Source: Mobula hypostoma (lineage: Eukaryota). From it: 64,000 nucleotides of DNA. The stretch covers positions 4,092,001 through 4,156,000 of the forward strand of contig NC_086104.1 in NCBI RefSeq assembly GCF_963921235.1, read 5' to 3'. A program made the translations under genes and the position numbers. Position 1 is the first letter of the stretch. Each line of letters opens with the position of its first letter. Of this stretch, positions 12,310 through 25,508 are shown piece after piece. The notes under the pieces are model-generated. The model ran no database searches. It had not been told where the DNA came from and was given only the letters and a program-made list of their open reading frames with translations.

Positions 12310-13866
12310 GCATCCCATCCGTCTGATGGGACCGACTGAGATGTATCCCAGGCTACTGTGGGAGGTGAGGGAGGAGATTGCTGAGATTCTGGCAATGATT
12401 CTTGAATCATCAATGGGGACGGGAGAGGTTCCAGAGGATTGGAGGGTTGCAAATGTTGTTCCTTTAATCAAGAAAAGGAGTAGAGATAGCCCAGGAAATT
12501 ATAGTCCAGTGAGTCTTATCTCAGTGGTTGGTAAGTTGATGGAGAAGATCCTGAGAGGTGGGATTTATGAACATTTGGAGAGGCATAATATGATTAGGAA
12601 TAGTCAGCATGGCTTTGTCAAGGGCAGGTCATGCCTTACGAGCCTGACTGAATTTTTTGAGGATGTGACTTAACACATTGATGAAGGAAGAGCAGTAGAT
12701 GTAGGGTATATGGATTTCAACAAAGCATTTGATAAGGTACCCCATGCAAGGCTTACTGAGAAAGTAAAGAGGCTTGAGATCCAAGGGGACATTGCTTTGT
12801 GGATCCAGAACTGGCTTGCCCACAGAAGGCAAAGCGTCGTTGTAGACAGGTCATATTCTGCTTGGAGGTCGGTGACCAATGGTGTGCCTTAGGGATCTGT
12901 TTTGGGTCCCCAACTCTTTATGATTTTTACAAATGACCTGAATGAGGAAGTGGAGGGATGGGTTAGACAATTTTCTGATGACTCAAAGGTTCGGTGTGTT
13001 GTGAATAGTGTGGAGGGCTGTCAGAAGTTACAACGGGACATTGATATGATGCAAAGATGGTGATTACCCCAGGTATGTGTGAGGTGGTTCATTTTGGTAG
13101 GTCAAATATGATGGCAGAATATAGTATTAATGGTAAGACTCTTGGCAGTGTGGAGGATCAGAGGGATCTTGGGGTCCAAGTCCACAGGACGCTCAAAGCA
13201 GCTGCGCAGGTTGACTCTGTGGTTAAGAAGGCGTACGGTCTATTGGCCTTCATTAATCGTGGAATTGAATTCAGGAGCCGAGAGGTAATGTTGCAGCTAT
13301 ATAGGACCCTGGTCAGACTCCACTTAGAGTACTGTGCTCAGTTCTGGTCGCCTCACTACAGGAAGGATGTGGAAGCCATAGAAAGGGTGCAGAGGAGATA
13401 TACAAGGATATTGTCTGGATTGGGGAGCATGCCTTATGAGAATAGGTTGAGTGAACTCAGCCTTTACTCCTTGGAGCGACGGCGGATGAGAGGTGACCTG
13501 ATAGAGGTGTATAAGATGATGAGAGGCTTTGATCATGTGGATAGTCAGAGGCTTTTTCCCAGGGTTGAAATGGTTGCCACAAGAGGACACAGGTTTAAGG
13601 TGCTGGGGAGGAGATACAGAGGAGATGTCAAGGGTAAGTTTTTTACTCAGAGAGCGGTGAGTGTGTGGAATGGGCTGCCAGCAATGGTGGTGGAGGCGGA
13701 TATGGTAGGGTCTTTTAAGAGACTTTTCGATAGGTTCATGGAGCTTAGTAAAATAGAGGGCTATAGGTAAGCCTAGTAATTTCTAAGGTAGGGACATGTT
13801 CAGCAGAACTTTGTGGGCCAAAGGGCTTGTATTGTGCTGTAGGTTTTCTATGTTTCTATGTTTCCA
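12310..13866 (+). mobile_element. CR1 LINE RT region, degenerate
   Basis: ORFs 12299-12673, 12710-12892 and 13057-13770; tttctatg tail. Confidence 0.88.
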
Positions 13867-14269
13867 TAAATAACTGTATACAGTGGTGGTGGTCCATTAG
13901 TCTCGCGAGACCATGGATCTGCGCTTGGAAAGTCTTGCTTCAGTCTGCGTTAGAGCAGCGTCTGTTGTGGCTGTAGAGTCCCACACGGGAGTAACAGTCT
14001 CGGCTGCAGCGACTGCACTTGAAGGCGCTGTCCTCCAGTGTTGTCTTGTAACCCAAGCTAAAATGTAACAATTAATGGGCTGGAATTTCCCACCATAATC
14101 CCACAAAAACATTTTAACATAAGAACAATAAACAGTACTGGTCATTAGAAATGCAGGGGTGGGCTGTCGACCACAGCGTCACAATATCGGGAATCAGTAT
14201 AGATTCCCTCAGGCAAAATGTAAATTCGTGGGCCATCCTGTGGATAACTTTGGCAAGATCGATCTCCTG

Positions 14270-16836
14270 GCTGTACTTTACTCCCACAGACCACAGCACC
14301 AGTGGAGAGAACCGCAAAGATATGGTCATGGGAGATGGAGGAGCATTTACAGGACTGCTTTGACCATCTTCAGGAATTTATCTTTGGATCTGAATGAATA
14401 TGCCATGGCTCTCACTGACTCCATCAAAACTCATGTGGGATGAGTGCTTGCCTTTGAGAACATTCTGAAACTTTCAAAACCAGAAGCCCAGGATGAACCA
14501 GGAGATTCACAGTCTGCTGAGTGTGTTCATGACCAGCAATCCGGACCCAAACAACAAGTCCAGGTTCGACTCATCACTGTGAGAGCAAAATAGGCAATTG
14601 CATGTGATCAGAGATACAATCAGATGCACAACAGCTGTGACAAAGTTTGCAGGCCATTCCTTCTGGAACGCCCTGGTAAAGGTTTCACTGATAATGTAAG
14701 TTAATTCACGTAACGGTCTTTCTGTCCAAGTAGCATTTGGATTATTGTTCGTGATGACAGGCTGAGCAATGTGCACCATCCGATCAGGAGAGAAGGCTGG
14801 GTGAGCAGTATTTTTTACGCCTGGCACTGGTGTGAACCGAGGTCATTGTTCAGTGGGGGATGAAGAGAGAAGACACTGGAGAGAACCGGTCGTAGGATTC
14901 GATCTGGTGGGGACTGTGATTTGATGGAACAAGGTGCAGGAGTCTACCAAGTATTGGTGAAAATGACTTTTGGAAGAGTTGAGCTCCAACCTGGTCACAT
15001 TTGACTGTTTAATTATAATAGAGCCCTTTCTGGTTTTTTTTTTCGTTCTTTTCTTTACTCTCTTTAGTTCAGTTAATATTCATAAATATACGTCCTTTAA
15101 TTAAATGCAGTGTGTGGTCTGTTATTTTCTGGCAAAGAGTTGTAACAGGGCAGCAAATCAGACAGCATTTACCCAAGCCGGGGTTTGTGTGGGAGATACA
15201 TCCCAATCTCACGGATTTGGTGGTACTGGAGAGTGTAATCCTTAAACATATGCACCTGAAGAAAAGCAGGCCTCTCGGACGCCACATTGGGAGACTGCCA
15301 ACTAACGAGCCATTTCCAGAGACACCCAGGAAGAAAGGGGGTTCACGTCCTAACATTGCAATTGGCAGTGACGTTTCACTTGTCAATGAGCTCAGCGTCT
15401 TTTCTACACACTTCGACGGGGAGAATAACAGTTCACCTGTGTGACTGCCCACAGCATCTCGCTCAATGTCAGAACACCCTTCAGGAAGGTGAACTTTAAG
15501 TCCCTGGGTGTTAACATCTGAGAGGTTCTTTCCTGTTCGCAACACATTGATGCAATTACAAAGAAGGCACCTCTGCAGCTCTACTTCTTCCAGAGTTTGA
15601 GGAGGTTCGGTATGTCATCAAAGACTCCAGCAAATTTCCACAGATGTACATGGAGACCATTCCATCTGGTTGTATCACGGTCTGGTATGGAGGCTCCAGT
15701 GCACAGGATCAACAGAGGCTGCAGAGAGCTACAGTCCCAAGCTCCTCCATCATGGGCACAACCCGTCACTCCATCGAGAACATCCTCAAAAGGAGGTACC
15801 TCAAGAAGTACAAGTGACTCACTGCTTCATCCGGAAAGACTGAGTGCTGGATAGTGCGAAGCAAAGGGGTGAAAGGACAGGTGTTGCATCACCTGCAAAA
15901 CTTCTACAAAAAGTAATGGATTCCACCCAGTCCATCACAGGTAAAGCCCTCCCCACCATTCAGAACATCTGCACAGAGCGCTTTCACAGGAAAGCAGCAT
16001 CCATCATCAGGGACCACCACCACCCAGGACAGGCTCTCTTCTCACTGCTGCAATCAGAGAGAAGGTACAGGAGTTTTGGGTCCCACACCACCAGGATCAG
16101 GAACAGTTATTACCCCTCAACCATCAGGCTCCTGAACCAGAGGGGCTAACTTCCCTTAACGTGTCATTGGAATGTTTCCACAACCAATGGACTCACTTTC
16201 AAAGTCTCTTCATCTCATGTTCTCAATATTTATTATTTTTTTTTATCATTAATTTTTTTTTTCAATTCTGTTTGCTTTACAGTTTGTTATCTTTTGCACA
16301 TTGGTTGTTTGTTTGTCCTGTTGGGCGTGGTCTTTCATTAATTCCATTACGTCTCTTGGAATTACTAAGTCTGCTCGCAAGGAAACAAATCTCATGGTTG
16401 GATTTTGTGAAATATATTTACTTTGATAATAAATTTACTTTGAACTTTGAAGGATGAGAGGTGACTTGATAGAGGTGTATAAGGTTATAACAAGCACAGA
16501 CAGAGCAGACAGCTAAAGACTTTTCTCAGGGCAGCAATAGTTAATAGGGGAAGACATGCTCTGAAGGTGGGTGTAGGAATGTAAGGGGAGATACGTATCA
16601 GAGGTACCTCTTTCCCACACAGAAAGTGCCTGAACTGTGCTTCCAGGGGTGGTGGTAGAGGCTAATACATTGGGGACATTTTAGAAACTGATACGTTAGA
16701 TAAACTCATGGATGAAAGGAAAATGGAGCTTTAAGGTCTGTGTTTGAGGGAAGGGTTACATTGAACTTGGAGTAGATTAAAAATTTGGCACAACACTATG
16801 GGCCGAAGGGCCTGTACTATGCTGTACTATTCTATG
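14270..16836 (+). mobile_element. Mosaic of degenerate Rex1 pieces, an LTR-like segment (about 14750-15200) and a CR1 3' end
   Basis: QKPWMNQEI-like, NELSVFSTHFD and RRFGMSSKT motifs; actttga tail at about 16450; CR1 tail to about 16836. Confidence 0.6.
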
Positions 16837-17154
16837 AGGCCTCTGTTGGTCAGTGTCAACCATGGATATTGTGTCCTAGCTGTCTAGATACACAAGCCTG
16901 GGCAGTACGATATGGAGAGCAAGCTGTTGCCCATGTAGCAAGCTCCCCCTCTCCAAGCATCTGATGAACTCAAAGAAATGTGTCAGGAAGGGGAAACAGT
17001 GTACTTGGCTTGTTTCTGACGTTTCAATCTGATCATGGTGTATGGACATAAGGAGTGAGTTTCAGTGACAGATATGTAAATGTGGATGAAACATTCAGCT
17101 ACTCTGCAGTTTGTTACTATTTTTTCAGCAGTTTCTGCAGGACTGTCCACTCTC

Positions 17155-17303
17155 CCCCATCACTTCCTCTTCACACCCCGTGCCTTTGTGCTGGAATAAA
17201 CTTGTGGGGAAATTGAAGGGGATCAGTCACTTGTGAAATACCAACAGGGAACATCGGGTCTGAATGAGCAGAAATTCAGTTTTTAAAAAACAAGTGAGAA
17301 GAA
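17155..17303 (+). promoter_or_regulatory. Putative TATA-less leukocyte promoter with PU.1/ETS site
   Basis: CACTTCCTCTT at 17161-17171 (reverse complement AAGAGGAAGTG, PU.1/Spi-B consensus), CACCC box at about 17174-17179 and TGTGGG at 17203-17208, in a TE-free island about 135 bp upstream of the leader ATG. Confidence 0.5.
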
Positions 17304-17352
17304 ATGTTTGCAGCGATAATCACAACCTTGACTCTGTCCGTCTGTGCAGTGG
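17304..17352 (+). CDS. Leader (signal peptide) exon MFAAIITTLTLSVCAV(G)
   Basis: ATG with A at -3, hydrophobic 16 codons + 1 nt, donor G|GTAAGT. The 49-nt phase-1 form is typical of Ig-superfamily leaders, and it joins V1 as ...CAVG-ADIPVLIQSP. Confidence 0.75.
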
Positions 17353-17955
17353 GTAAGTAAATTCCCAGAGTGGGGTCACCCAGTCTGAGATTGGTTTCAT
17401 CTGCCTTTGAGTTTAATTGACCATTTGTGGGCCGTGGTACTGTGTACAGTTCTGGTCATCCTGTTATAGGAAGGATATTATTAAACTAGAAAGAGAGCAG
17501 AAACGATCCACCAGGATGTTGTCTGGTCCTGGGGGTCTGTGTCATAAGGATAGATTGGGAACTGTACTTCCCTCAATTGCCGGACTCTGCAGAGAGTGGT
17601 GTGGACACCCCCACACATCTGTAGTTGTAAACTTCCTACTATTCAGGATATTTACAAAGACAGGTGTGTAAAAAAGGCCAAGGATCATTGGGGACCCAAG
17701 TCACCACAACCACAAACTGTTCCAGCTGCTACCTTCCAGGAAATGGTACCACAGCGTAACAGCCAGAACTATCAGGCTCCGGGACAGCTTCTCGCACCAG
17801 GCCATCAGATTGATAAATTCACGCTGATACAATTGTACTTCTGTCATATTGACCGTCCTGTTATGCAGACTATTTATTCCAAATTACTATAAAATGCACT
17901 TTTCACATTTGGACAGAGATGTAATGCAAAGATTTTTACTTCTCATGTATATGAA

Positions 17956-18594
17956 CTATGAAAGATGACGGCGTGACGCAGCTCGCAGCGGCCACTCCGG
18001 TGGTGATGTCTGTTATCTGTCAAGCAGGGTGCCGTGCACAATCCTGATTTGATGGAGACAGACATGAGAGCACGGAGGAACATCTGGTGAAACTCCTGAA
18101 ATGCCTGTTTCGCTGCTGCTGCTACTGTGTGGTCTGGAATCTCCAGAGGGGAAGGCCCTGAGTCCTCGGCTTTGTTTGTTGCTCGGCGGCCAGGGCGGGG
18201 TCGAAGCGCTCGGCAGAGGATGCTGCTTGGAGAGGCTCGGAGTTTTCGGACGGACTCTGTCCGCTGCGGTCGGGTGCTTCCAATGGTGCTGTATTGGCGA
18301 GTTGGTGGCGCTTGGGGGTTCATGGCAGGGAGAGTTCCTCCCTTCTGCTGCCTGTGTGAGATAATGAGTCTATCGGGACTTTGAGACTTTTTTTTACCGT
18401 GCCCATGGTCTGCTCTTTATCAAATTACGGTATTGCTTCGCATTATTGTAACTATATGTTATAATTATGTGGTTTTGTCAGTTTTAGTCTTGGTTTGTCC
18501 TTTGTTTTCTTGTGATATCATTCTGGAGGAACGTTGTCTCATTTTTTAATGCATGCTTTTCTAAATGACAATAAACAAAAACTGAACTGAACTG
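17956..18594 (+). mobile_element. Non-autonomous CpG-rich retroposon nested in a Rex1 3' end
   Basis: TSD atatgaa at 17949-17955 and 18595-18601, AATAAA plus (aactg)n tail, no coding motif. Confidence 0.6.
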
Positions 18595-18994
18595 ATATGA
18601 AGGATGTAAGTAATAAAGCCAATTCAATTCAATTCAGATTGCATACACTCGGAACTTCCTGTCACAATGGGGTGCTGGGAACGGACCCAAATGTGGGACA
18701 CAGACACTGAAGTACAAGGACCAGGACTTGACTAGAGTAGGGACAGGATTCAGGCAAAGAGCAGGGACAAGGACGCAGAGTTGGGCTAGGGAGAGCGGGA
18801 CCAGGACTAGGAACCATGGACTAGGAGACAAGGCTTGTACTCTGAGCCCGAGACTGGACGAGGACCCAAAACCTGGGTCTTGCCTTGGGCTCGGACCCCG
18901 GAACCAGGCAAGGACATGAGATGGCTTCAGGACAGGATGTGGCTGGGGTCTAGAGGCCTGAGCTTGGAGACAGGCTGGGATCTTTGCTCTTGAG

Positions 18995-19145
18995 GCTTGA
19001 GGCTGAGGTCTTGGGTCTTGAGCTTGGCTTAGGATCCTTGAGGCTTGGTGTCCTGGGTCTTGAGATTGGTTTGGGATCCTCGAGGCTTGGGGTCTTGGGT
19101 CTTGAGATTGGCTTGGGATCGTCGAGGCTTGGACTCTTGGAGCTT
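18995..19145 (+). repeat. About 42-bp tandem repeat (3-4 units) inside the solo LTR
   Basis: GAGGCTTGGGGTCTTGGGTCTTGAGATTGGCTTGGGATCCTC-like units. Confidence 0.75.
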
Positions 19146-19293
19146 GGCTGTGGGATTGTCGTCTTGAAATGCGAGTTGGAGGCTGGAGCTGGAGACCGAC
19201 TGGGAACTGAACATTAACACGGAGCCGGGACTTGTCCTTTGAAAAGCCGGGACTCATCGTTAACACGACACCAACATGAGACAGAACAGTAGA

Positions 19294-19597
19294 GAGACAA
19301 TCCGGGACTCATACTGAGACAAGCCGGGACTCATACTGAGACAATCCGGGACTCATACTGAGACAAGCCGGGACTCATACTGAGACAAGCCGGGACTTAC
19401 ACTGAGACAAGCCGGGACTCATACTGAGACAAGCCGGGACTCATACTGAGACAAGCCGGGACTCATACTGAGACAAGCCGGGACTTACACTGAGACAAGC
19501 CGGGACTCATACTGAGACAAGCCGGGACTTATACTGAGACAAGCCGGGACTTATACTTAGACAAGCCGGGACTTATACTTAGACAATCCGGGACTCA
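19294..19597 (+). repeat. 22-bp tandem array x14 inside the solo LTR
   Basis: Unit GAGACAAGCCGGGACTCATACT; ccgggact occurs every 22 bp from 19302 to 19588. Confidence 0.95.
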
Positions 19598-20344
19598 ACT
19601 TCTCCACACCAAGATGGGACAGGTCTCTCCGTCAGGTAACGGCAGAACAGCCGGACTTACCCAACAGAGGCAAGGACAAGACACGACATGTCCCCCCACA
19701 AGGCAACGGAGAAACGGCCTGGCTTACCCCATGGAGGTGAGGACAAGACAAGACAGATCCTCCCACAGGGCAACGGCAAAACAGCCTGGCTTACCCCACA
19801 GAGGTGAGGACAAGACAGATCCCCCTGCAGGGCAACGGAAAAATGGCCTGGCTTATCTCACAGAGGCAAGGACAAGCGACAAACACCAAAGAACAACAGA
19901 CAGTTCCACTTCTGCTCCGGGGAAGCTCCAAGTCTCAGTTCGGCCAGCAACCTCAGCTGGCTACAGAAACAGCCAGATCCCTACCTAGCTCAGAGTGGCT
20001 GGCAGACACTCAGCTGGCCCGGGAAACAGCCGAATCCATACCGCAAAGACCACTCCAACGAGAGGCAACAAGGCTCCATGAAGCAATGGTTCTCCAACCA
20101 GGTCTAGAGATCATGAATGGTTTCACTAGCCTTCCATCAGCAGGTTGCTCCAAGGGGGACTGACAAGACAATCCAGCAGCCCACACTCACTCCCAAGGCT
20201 ACTTATATTGCAAGCCCAAAGATGGGAATCAGGTGCCTATGATTAATTCAAACAAGGGACAGTTGGAAGACCCGGAGTCCTGAGACAACAGACCGGACTG
20301 TGAACCGGAATGCGGACTTCACGGACTGGACCATGACACTTCCG

Positions 20345-23150
20345 TCTTAAATATACCCACGGACTTGGACTCCACTGCAGTCTGTGATAGATTCACTGCT
20401 CTCTGGCTAAAAATATTCTTCCTTATCTGTGTTCTGAAAGGTCATCACTCAATTTTGAGGTTGTGCCCTCTAGTTCTGGATACCCTCACCAAAGGAAACA
20501 TCTTCTTCACATCCACCTTATCTAGTCCTTTCAATGTTCAGTCTGTTTCAATGAGATCCCCATACATTCATATAAGTTCTAGTGAGTACAGGTCCAAAGC
20601 TGCCAAATGCTCCTCATTTCTTAACACTCTCATTCCCAAAATCATTCCAATGAACCTCCTCTGGACTCTGGCCAGTGACAACACATCCTTTCTGAGATGT
20701 GGGGCCCAAAACTGTTGACAATACTCCAAGTGTGTCCTGACTAGTGTCTTATAAAGCCTCAGCATTATTTCTTTGCTTTTATATTCTATCCCCTTGAAAT
20801 AAATGCCAACATTACACTTACCTTTTTTAACACAAACTTCTGGGAGTCTTGCATGAGGACTCCCAAGTCCCTCTGCACCTCTGATGTTTGAACCTTCTCC
20901 CCATTTAGATAATATTCCGCACTATTGTTCCTTTTACCAAAATGCATTCCCAACATTTCCCAACACTGTGCCATCTGTCACTTTTTTGTTCATTCTTCCA
21001 ACTTGTCGAAGTCCTGCTGCAATCGCATTGTGTCCTCAGCATTACCTACCCCTCCACCTATCTTTGTATCATCGGCAAGTCTTCAATCCCATTATCCAAA
21101 ATCATTAACACACAATGTGAAAAGTAGCGTTCCCAAAACTGACCCCTGAGGAACACCACTAGTCACTGGCAGCCAACTATGAAAAGATCCTTTTATTCCC
21201 ACTCACTGCCTCCTGCCTGTCAGCCGTTCCTCTATGCACACAACTGCCTTTCTTGTAATGCCGTATGATTTTATCTTGTTAAGCAGCCTCGTGCTTTCTG
21301 AAATGCCTTCTGAAAATCCAAGTAAATGACATCAACTGCCTCTCCTTTGTCCACCCTATTTGTTACTTCCTTGAAGAATTCTAACAGATTTGTCAGGCAA
21401 GATTTCCCTTCACAGAAGCCATGCTGACTTTGACTTATTTTATCATTAGTCTATAAGTACCCTGAAACCTTAATAGAAGACCTCATAATAGACTCCAACA
21501 ATTTCTAGGCCACTGAATCTAGGCTAACTGGCCTATAATTTCCTTTTTTTGCCTTCCTCCCTTCTTAAAGAGTGGAGTAGCATTTGCAATCTTCCAGTCT
21601 GCTGGGACGATGCCAGAATCAAGTTAATCTTGAAAGATCAATGCGAATGCATTCAGTATCTCTTCAACAACCTGTTTCAGGACTCTGGGATGTAGTCCAT
21701 CTGGGCCAGATGACTTATCCACCTAAAACCTTTGAGTTTGTCTGATAGCAATGGCACTCACTCCTGCTCCCTGACAGTCACAGACCTCTGGCACAATGGT
21801 AGTGTCTTCCACAGTGAAGGTAGATGCAAAGTGCCCATTAAGTTCATCTGCCATTTCTTTATCGCCTATTAGTACCTCACCAACATCATTTTCCAGTGGT
21901 CCAATGTCAACTCTCACCTCCCTTTTATTCTTTATATAACTGAAAAAGCTTTTAGTGTCCTTCTTTATATTATTGGCTAGTTTGCCCTCATATTTCATCT
22001 TTTCCCTCCCTAAAGGTTTTTTGGATGCCTTTTGTTGGATTTTCAAAAACTTCCCAATTATCCAACTTCCAACTCATTTTTGCTACTTAATTGCCCTTTC
22101 TTTGGCCTTATATGCTGTCCTTAACTTCCCTTGCCAGTCATAGTTGCCTACCCCTGCCAGTTGAGAACTTCTTCCTCTGTGGGACATATCTATCCTGCGC
22201 CTTGTGAACTGTCCCCAGAAACTTCAGCCATCTGTGTTTTGCCGTCATCCCCGGCAGTACCCTCCTCCAATCTACGTGAGCAAGCTCCTTTCTCAAGCCT
22301 CTGTAATTTCCTTTATTCCATTGCGAAACTGATACATATGACTTATTCTTCTCCCTCTTAAACTGAAGAATTAATTCAATCATATTATTATCACCGCCTC
22401 CTAAGCATTCCTTTATGTTAAACTCCCTGATAGGATCTGGGTTATTACACAACTTCCAATCTAAGTTTGCCTTTCCCTGAATAGGCTCAACCACAAGATG
22501 CTCTAAAAAGCCATCTCATCAGTATTCAACAATTTCCCTCCCTTGTGAGCCAACGCCAATGTGATTTCCCCATTCTACTTGCATCTTGAAGTCCCCCATT
22601 ACAATTGTGTCATTACCTTTATTACATGCCTTTTCCAGCTCCCTTTGCAATATCAACCCCACATCTTGGATACTATTTGGAGGCCTATAATGAACCATTA
22701 TTCCTATAATGGTTTTTACACTCTTGTGGTTTCTTAACTCCACCCAAAAAGATCCAACATTTTTTATGCAATGTCTCCTGTTTCTAAAGATGTAATTCCA
22801 TCTCTTACCAACAGAGTCATACCACCCGCTGCTTGCCCATTTGATACAAAGTATATCCTTTAATGTTAAGCTCTCAACTAATGGCCTTCTTTCAGTCACG
22901 ACTCAGTGATGCCCAGAACGTCATACCGACCAATCTCTAATTGCGCCATGAGTTTGTTCACTGTATTCCGAATGCTACGCTCATTTAAATACAGCACCTT
23001 GAGTCCTTCTTTCATCACGCATTTGAATTTTGCCTCTGTGGTACAACTCAACTCTCTGCCCTGTCTGCATTTGTACTCTATCATTGCCTCGTCCTTCCTT
23101 ACATTCCTGTTACACCCGTCGTCTATTTATAAACCTGCTGGCTCATCCTC
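20345..23150 (-). mobile_element. CR1 LINE ORF2, old and degenerate
   Basis: Minus-strand LYLNERSIRN, MGDF, FFSYIKNKR and LEYCQQFW fragments. Confidence 0.85.
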
Positions 23151-24379
23151 AGCTCCATCATAGTCATAGTGGTTCCCATCCCCTTGCCATACTAGTTTAA
23201 ACCAATCCGAAAAGCTCCAGTAAATCTGCCTGTGAGAATAATATTGCTTTTGCTTGCAGTTACTGTTTGCATGATGTTATTTTTCTTTGCACATTGGTGG
23301 TTTAAAAATTGAGAGACATTGGGTTTCTCATGGCTGACACTGAGCTGAGATACTGCAGTGTAATCTTCCTCAGTTCCTATCGAGCATGATAAACAAAAGT
23401 TTTACTTCCCCGCTCTACATACCAGCAAATTCTAGCAAATCTGCCTGTGAGAATATTATTGTCTTTTAAGAGACTTTTAGATAGGTAGATGGAGCTTAGA
23501 AAAACAGAGGGCTCTGGGTAACCCTGGTAATTGCTAAGATAGGGACATGTTTGGCACAACTTTGTGGGCCGAAGGGATTGTATTTTGCTGCAGGTTTTCC
23601 ATCTTTCTATGTTAACTCTTCGCTCTGTCTGCATTTGTACCCAATCATTGGCTTGTCTTTCCTTACGTTCCTGTTACACCCATCACCTAATTGTAATCCT
23701 GCTGGCTCATCCTCAGCTCTGTCATGCTCGTTCACGTCCTGCTGCCATATTAGTTTATACCATTCCCAAATGCTCTAGTAAATCTGCCTGCAAGAATATT
23801 ATTGTTTCTGCTTGCAGTTACTGTTTGTAGTTACTGTTTGCATGATGTTTTGTTTCTTTGTACATTGGGTGTTCAATGGTCTTTTTTATTTCTTATTTTA
23901 TTCCTTTAACTTTAATGGACATGATGTAGTTTTTTATTCTCTGCACATTGTGTATTAGACAGTCTTTTTTCATATATATGGGGTTAGTTTTGAGTATCTT
24001 TGTTTTGTGGTTGCCTGTTAGGAGACGAATCTCAAGGTAATATAATGCAAACATACTTTGATAATTAAATATACTTTGAAAATTTGAAACATTAGCAACG
24101 TGAAGCAATCTAGATAAGTACATGAACAGCAGAGGGTTTGCAGTCTGTGAGCCAAATGCATGCTGGGCAACACAGTCTGAGTGAACAAGTTGAGCCAAAG
24201 ATCTTGTTTCTGTACTGAACGATTTAATGAGTCACATGAATCTGAATTTGTGGTTTAAAAATTGAGAAATGTTGGGTTTCTCGTGGTTCACACTGAGCTG
24301 AGACACTGAAGTATAATCTTCTACAATTCCTATTCAGCATGATAAACAAAGGTTTTACTCCCGCTGATCTACCTGCTTT

Positions 24380-25280
24380 ACACCTATGACTGTACAGCCC
24401 CAGTACCAGATTCAAGTTTGCTGCTGACACCAGAGCTGTAGGCAGGGTCAAAGTGGCTGATGAATGGTATACAGGCAGGACACTGAAAATCCGGCTGAGT
24501 GGTGTCACAACAGCAATCTCTCACTCAACGTCAGCAAGACCACGGGGAGGGATTGTAGACTATCAGAGAAATCCACTCAGAGGATGAGAGGTGGAGAGGC
24601 TCAGTGGCTTTAAATTCCTTGGTGACACTGTCTCAGAAGACCTGTCCTGTACCATCATATAAATGTAGTTGTAAAGAAAGCATGACAGCACCTTAACTTC
24701 CTGAGGAGTTGCTGAGATTCGGCATGTCATCAAAATCCTTGACAAATTTCCACAGATGGGTGGTGGAAAATGTTCTGACTGGCTGCATTAAGGTCTGGTA
24801 TGTGAACACCGATGCCTTTAGGTGGAAAATACTACAGAAGGTAGTGGGTGTGATCCAGTACAACAGGTGTAAAACCCTATCAACCACTGAGAACATCTAC
24901 GTGAAATGTTGGAGCAGAAAAGCAGCATCCATCATCAAAGATCCTCACCACCCAGGCCATGCTCTTTTCACGCTGCTGCCGTCAGGTAAAAGGTACAAGA
25001 AGGTACAATTGTCTCAGGACTCACACCAACAGGGTCAAGAACAGTTACTACCCCTCAACCATCAGGCTCTTGAACAAATGAGGATAACTACACTCATTCT
25101 GTTTCCAGTGATCTCACAACCAATGATCTCACTTTGAGGACTCTTCACCTTGGTATTTCTTGCTAGTTATTTATATTTGCATTTGCACAGATTGTTGTCT
25201 TCGGTACTCTTGCTCTTTCATTGATCCTGTTCAAAGTTACTTTTCCATAGATTTGCTGAGTGTGCACAGGAAAAAGAATC
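24380..25280 (+). mobile_element. Rex1/Babar 3' region
   Basis: KFAADT, LRFGMSSKSL and HPGHALFTLLPSGKRY. Confidence 0.8.
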
Positions 25281-25284
25281 TTGG

Positions 25285-25508
25285 TTATAAATCTGATTGA
25301 TTTGAGATTTAACATAATTAGATTTCAATTGATTAGCCAGCAGCTTGCCAATTTTATCACTGTGAACATAAAAATCACTTCTTGTTTTCTTTAATTGGTT
25401 TACAATCGAGGACGAGAGTAGTAAACTGTGTTCCATTTGAAGTTCAGTTCTTTGTTTGTATAGCTCCTCAGAAGGAGCCATAACATATTTCTTATCAATT
25501 TCTTTAAT
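25285..25508 (-). mobile_element. L1-clade ORF2 fragment
   Basis: ORF 25218-25586 contains KTRSDFYVHSDKIGKLLANQL, the conserved L1 linker between endonuclease and RT. Confidence 0.6.

Larger units (their letters stand above)
18660..20338 (-). mobile_element. Solo LTR, 1679 bp (Gypsy/BEL-type termini)
   Basis: TGTCA...TGACA inverted termini, perfect 5-bp TSD cttcc at 18655-18659 and 20339-20343. Confidence 0.85.

Noticed and set aside
16955-16985. CTGATGA motif as another hammerhead
   Set aside because: There is no stem II followed by GAAA and no stem I pairing; it is part of an unrelated dispersed repeat (related copy at about 30400-31700).
19294-19597. CRISPR-like array
   Set aside because: Head-to-tail 22-bp repeats with no unique spacers, inside a eukaryotic LTR; the same applies to the 46-bp array.
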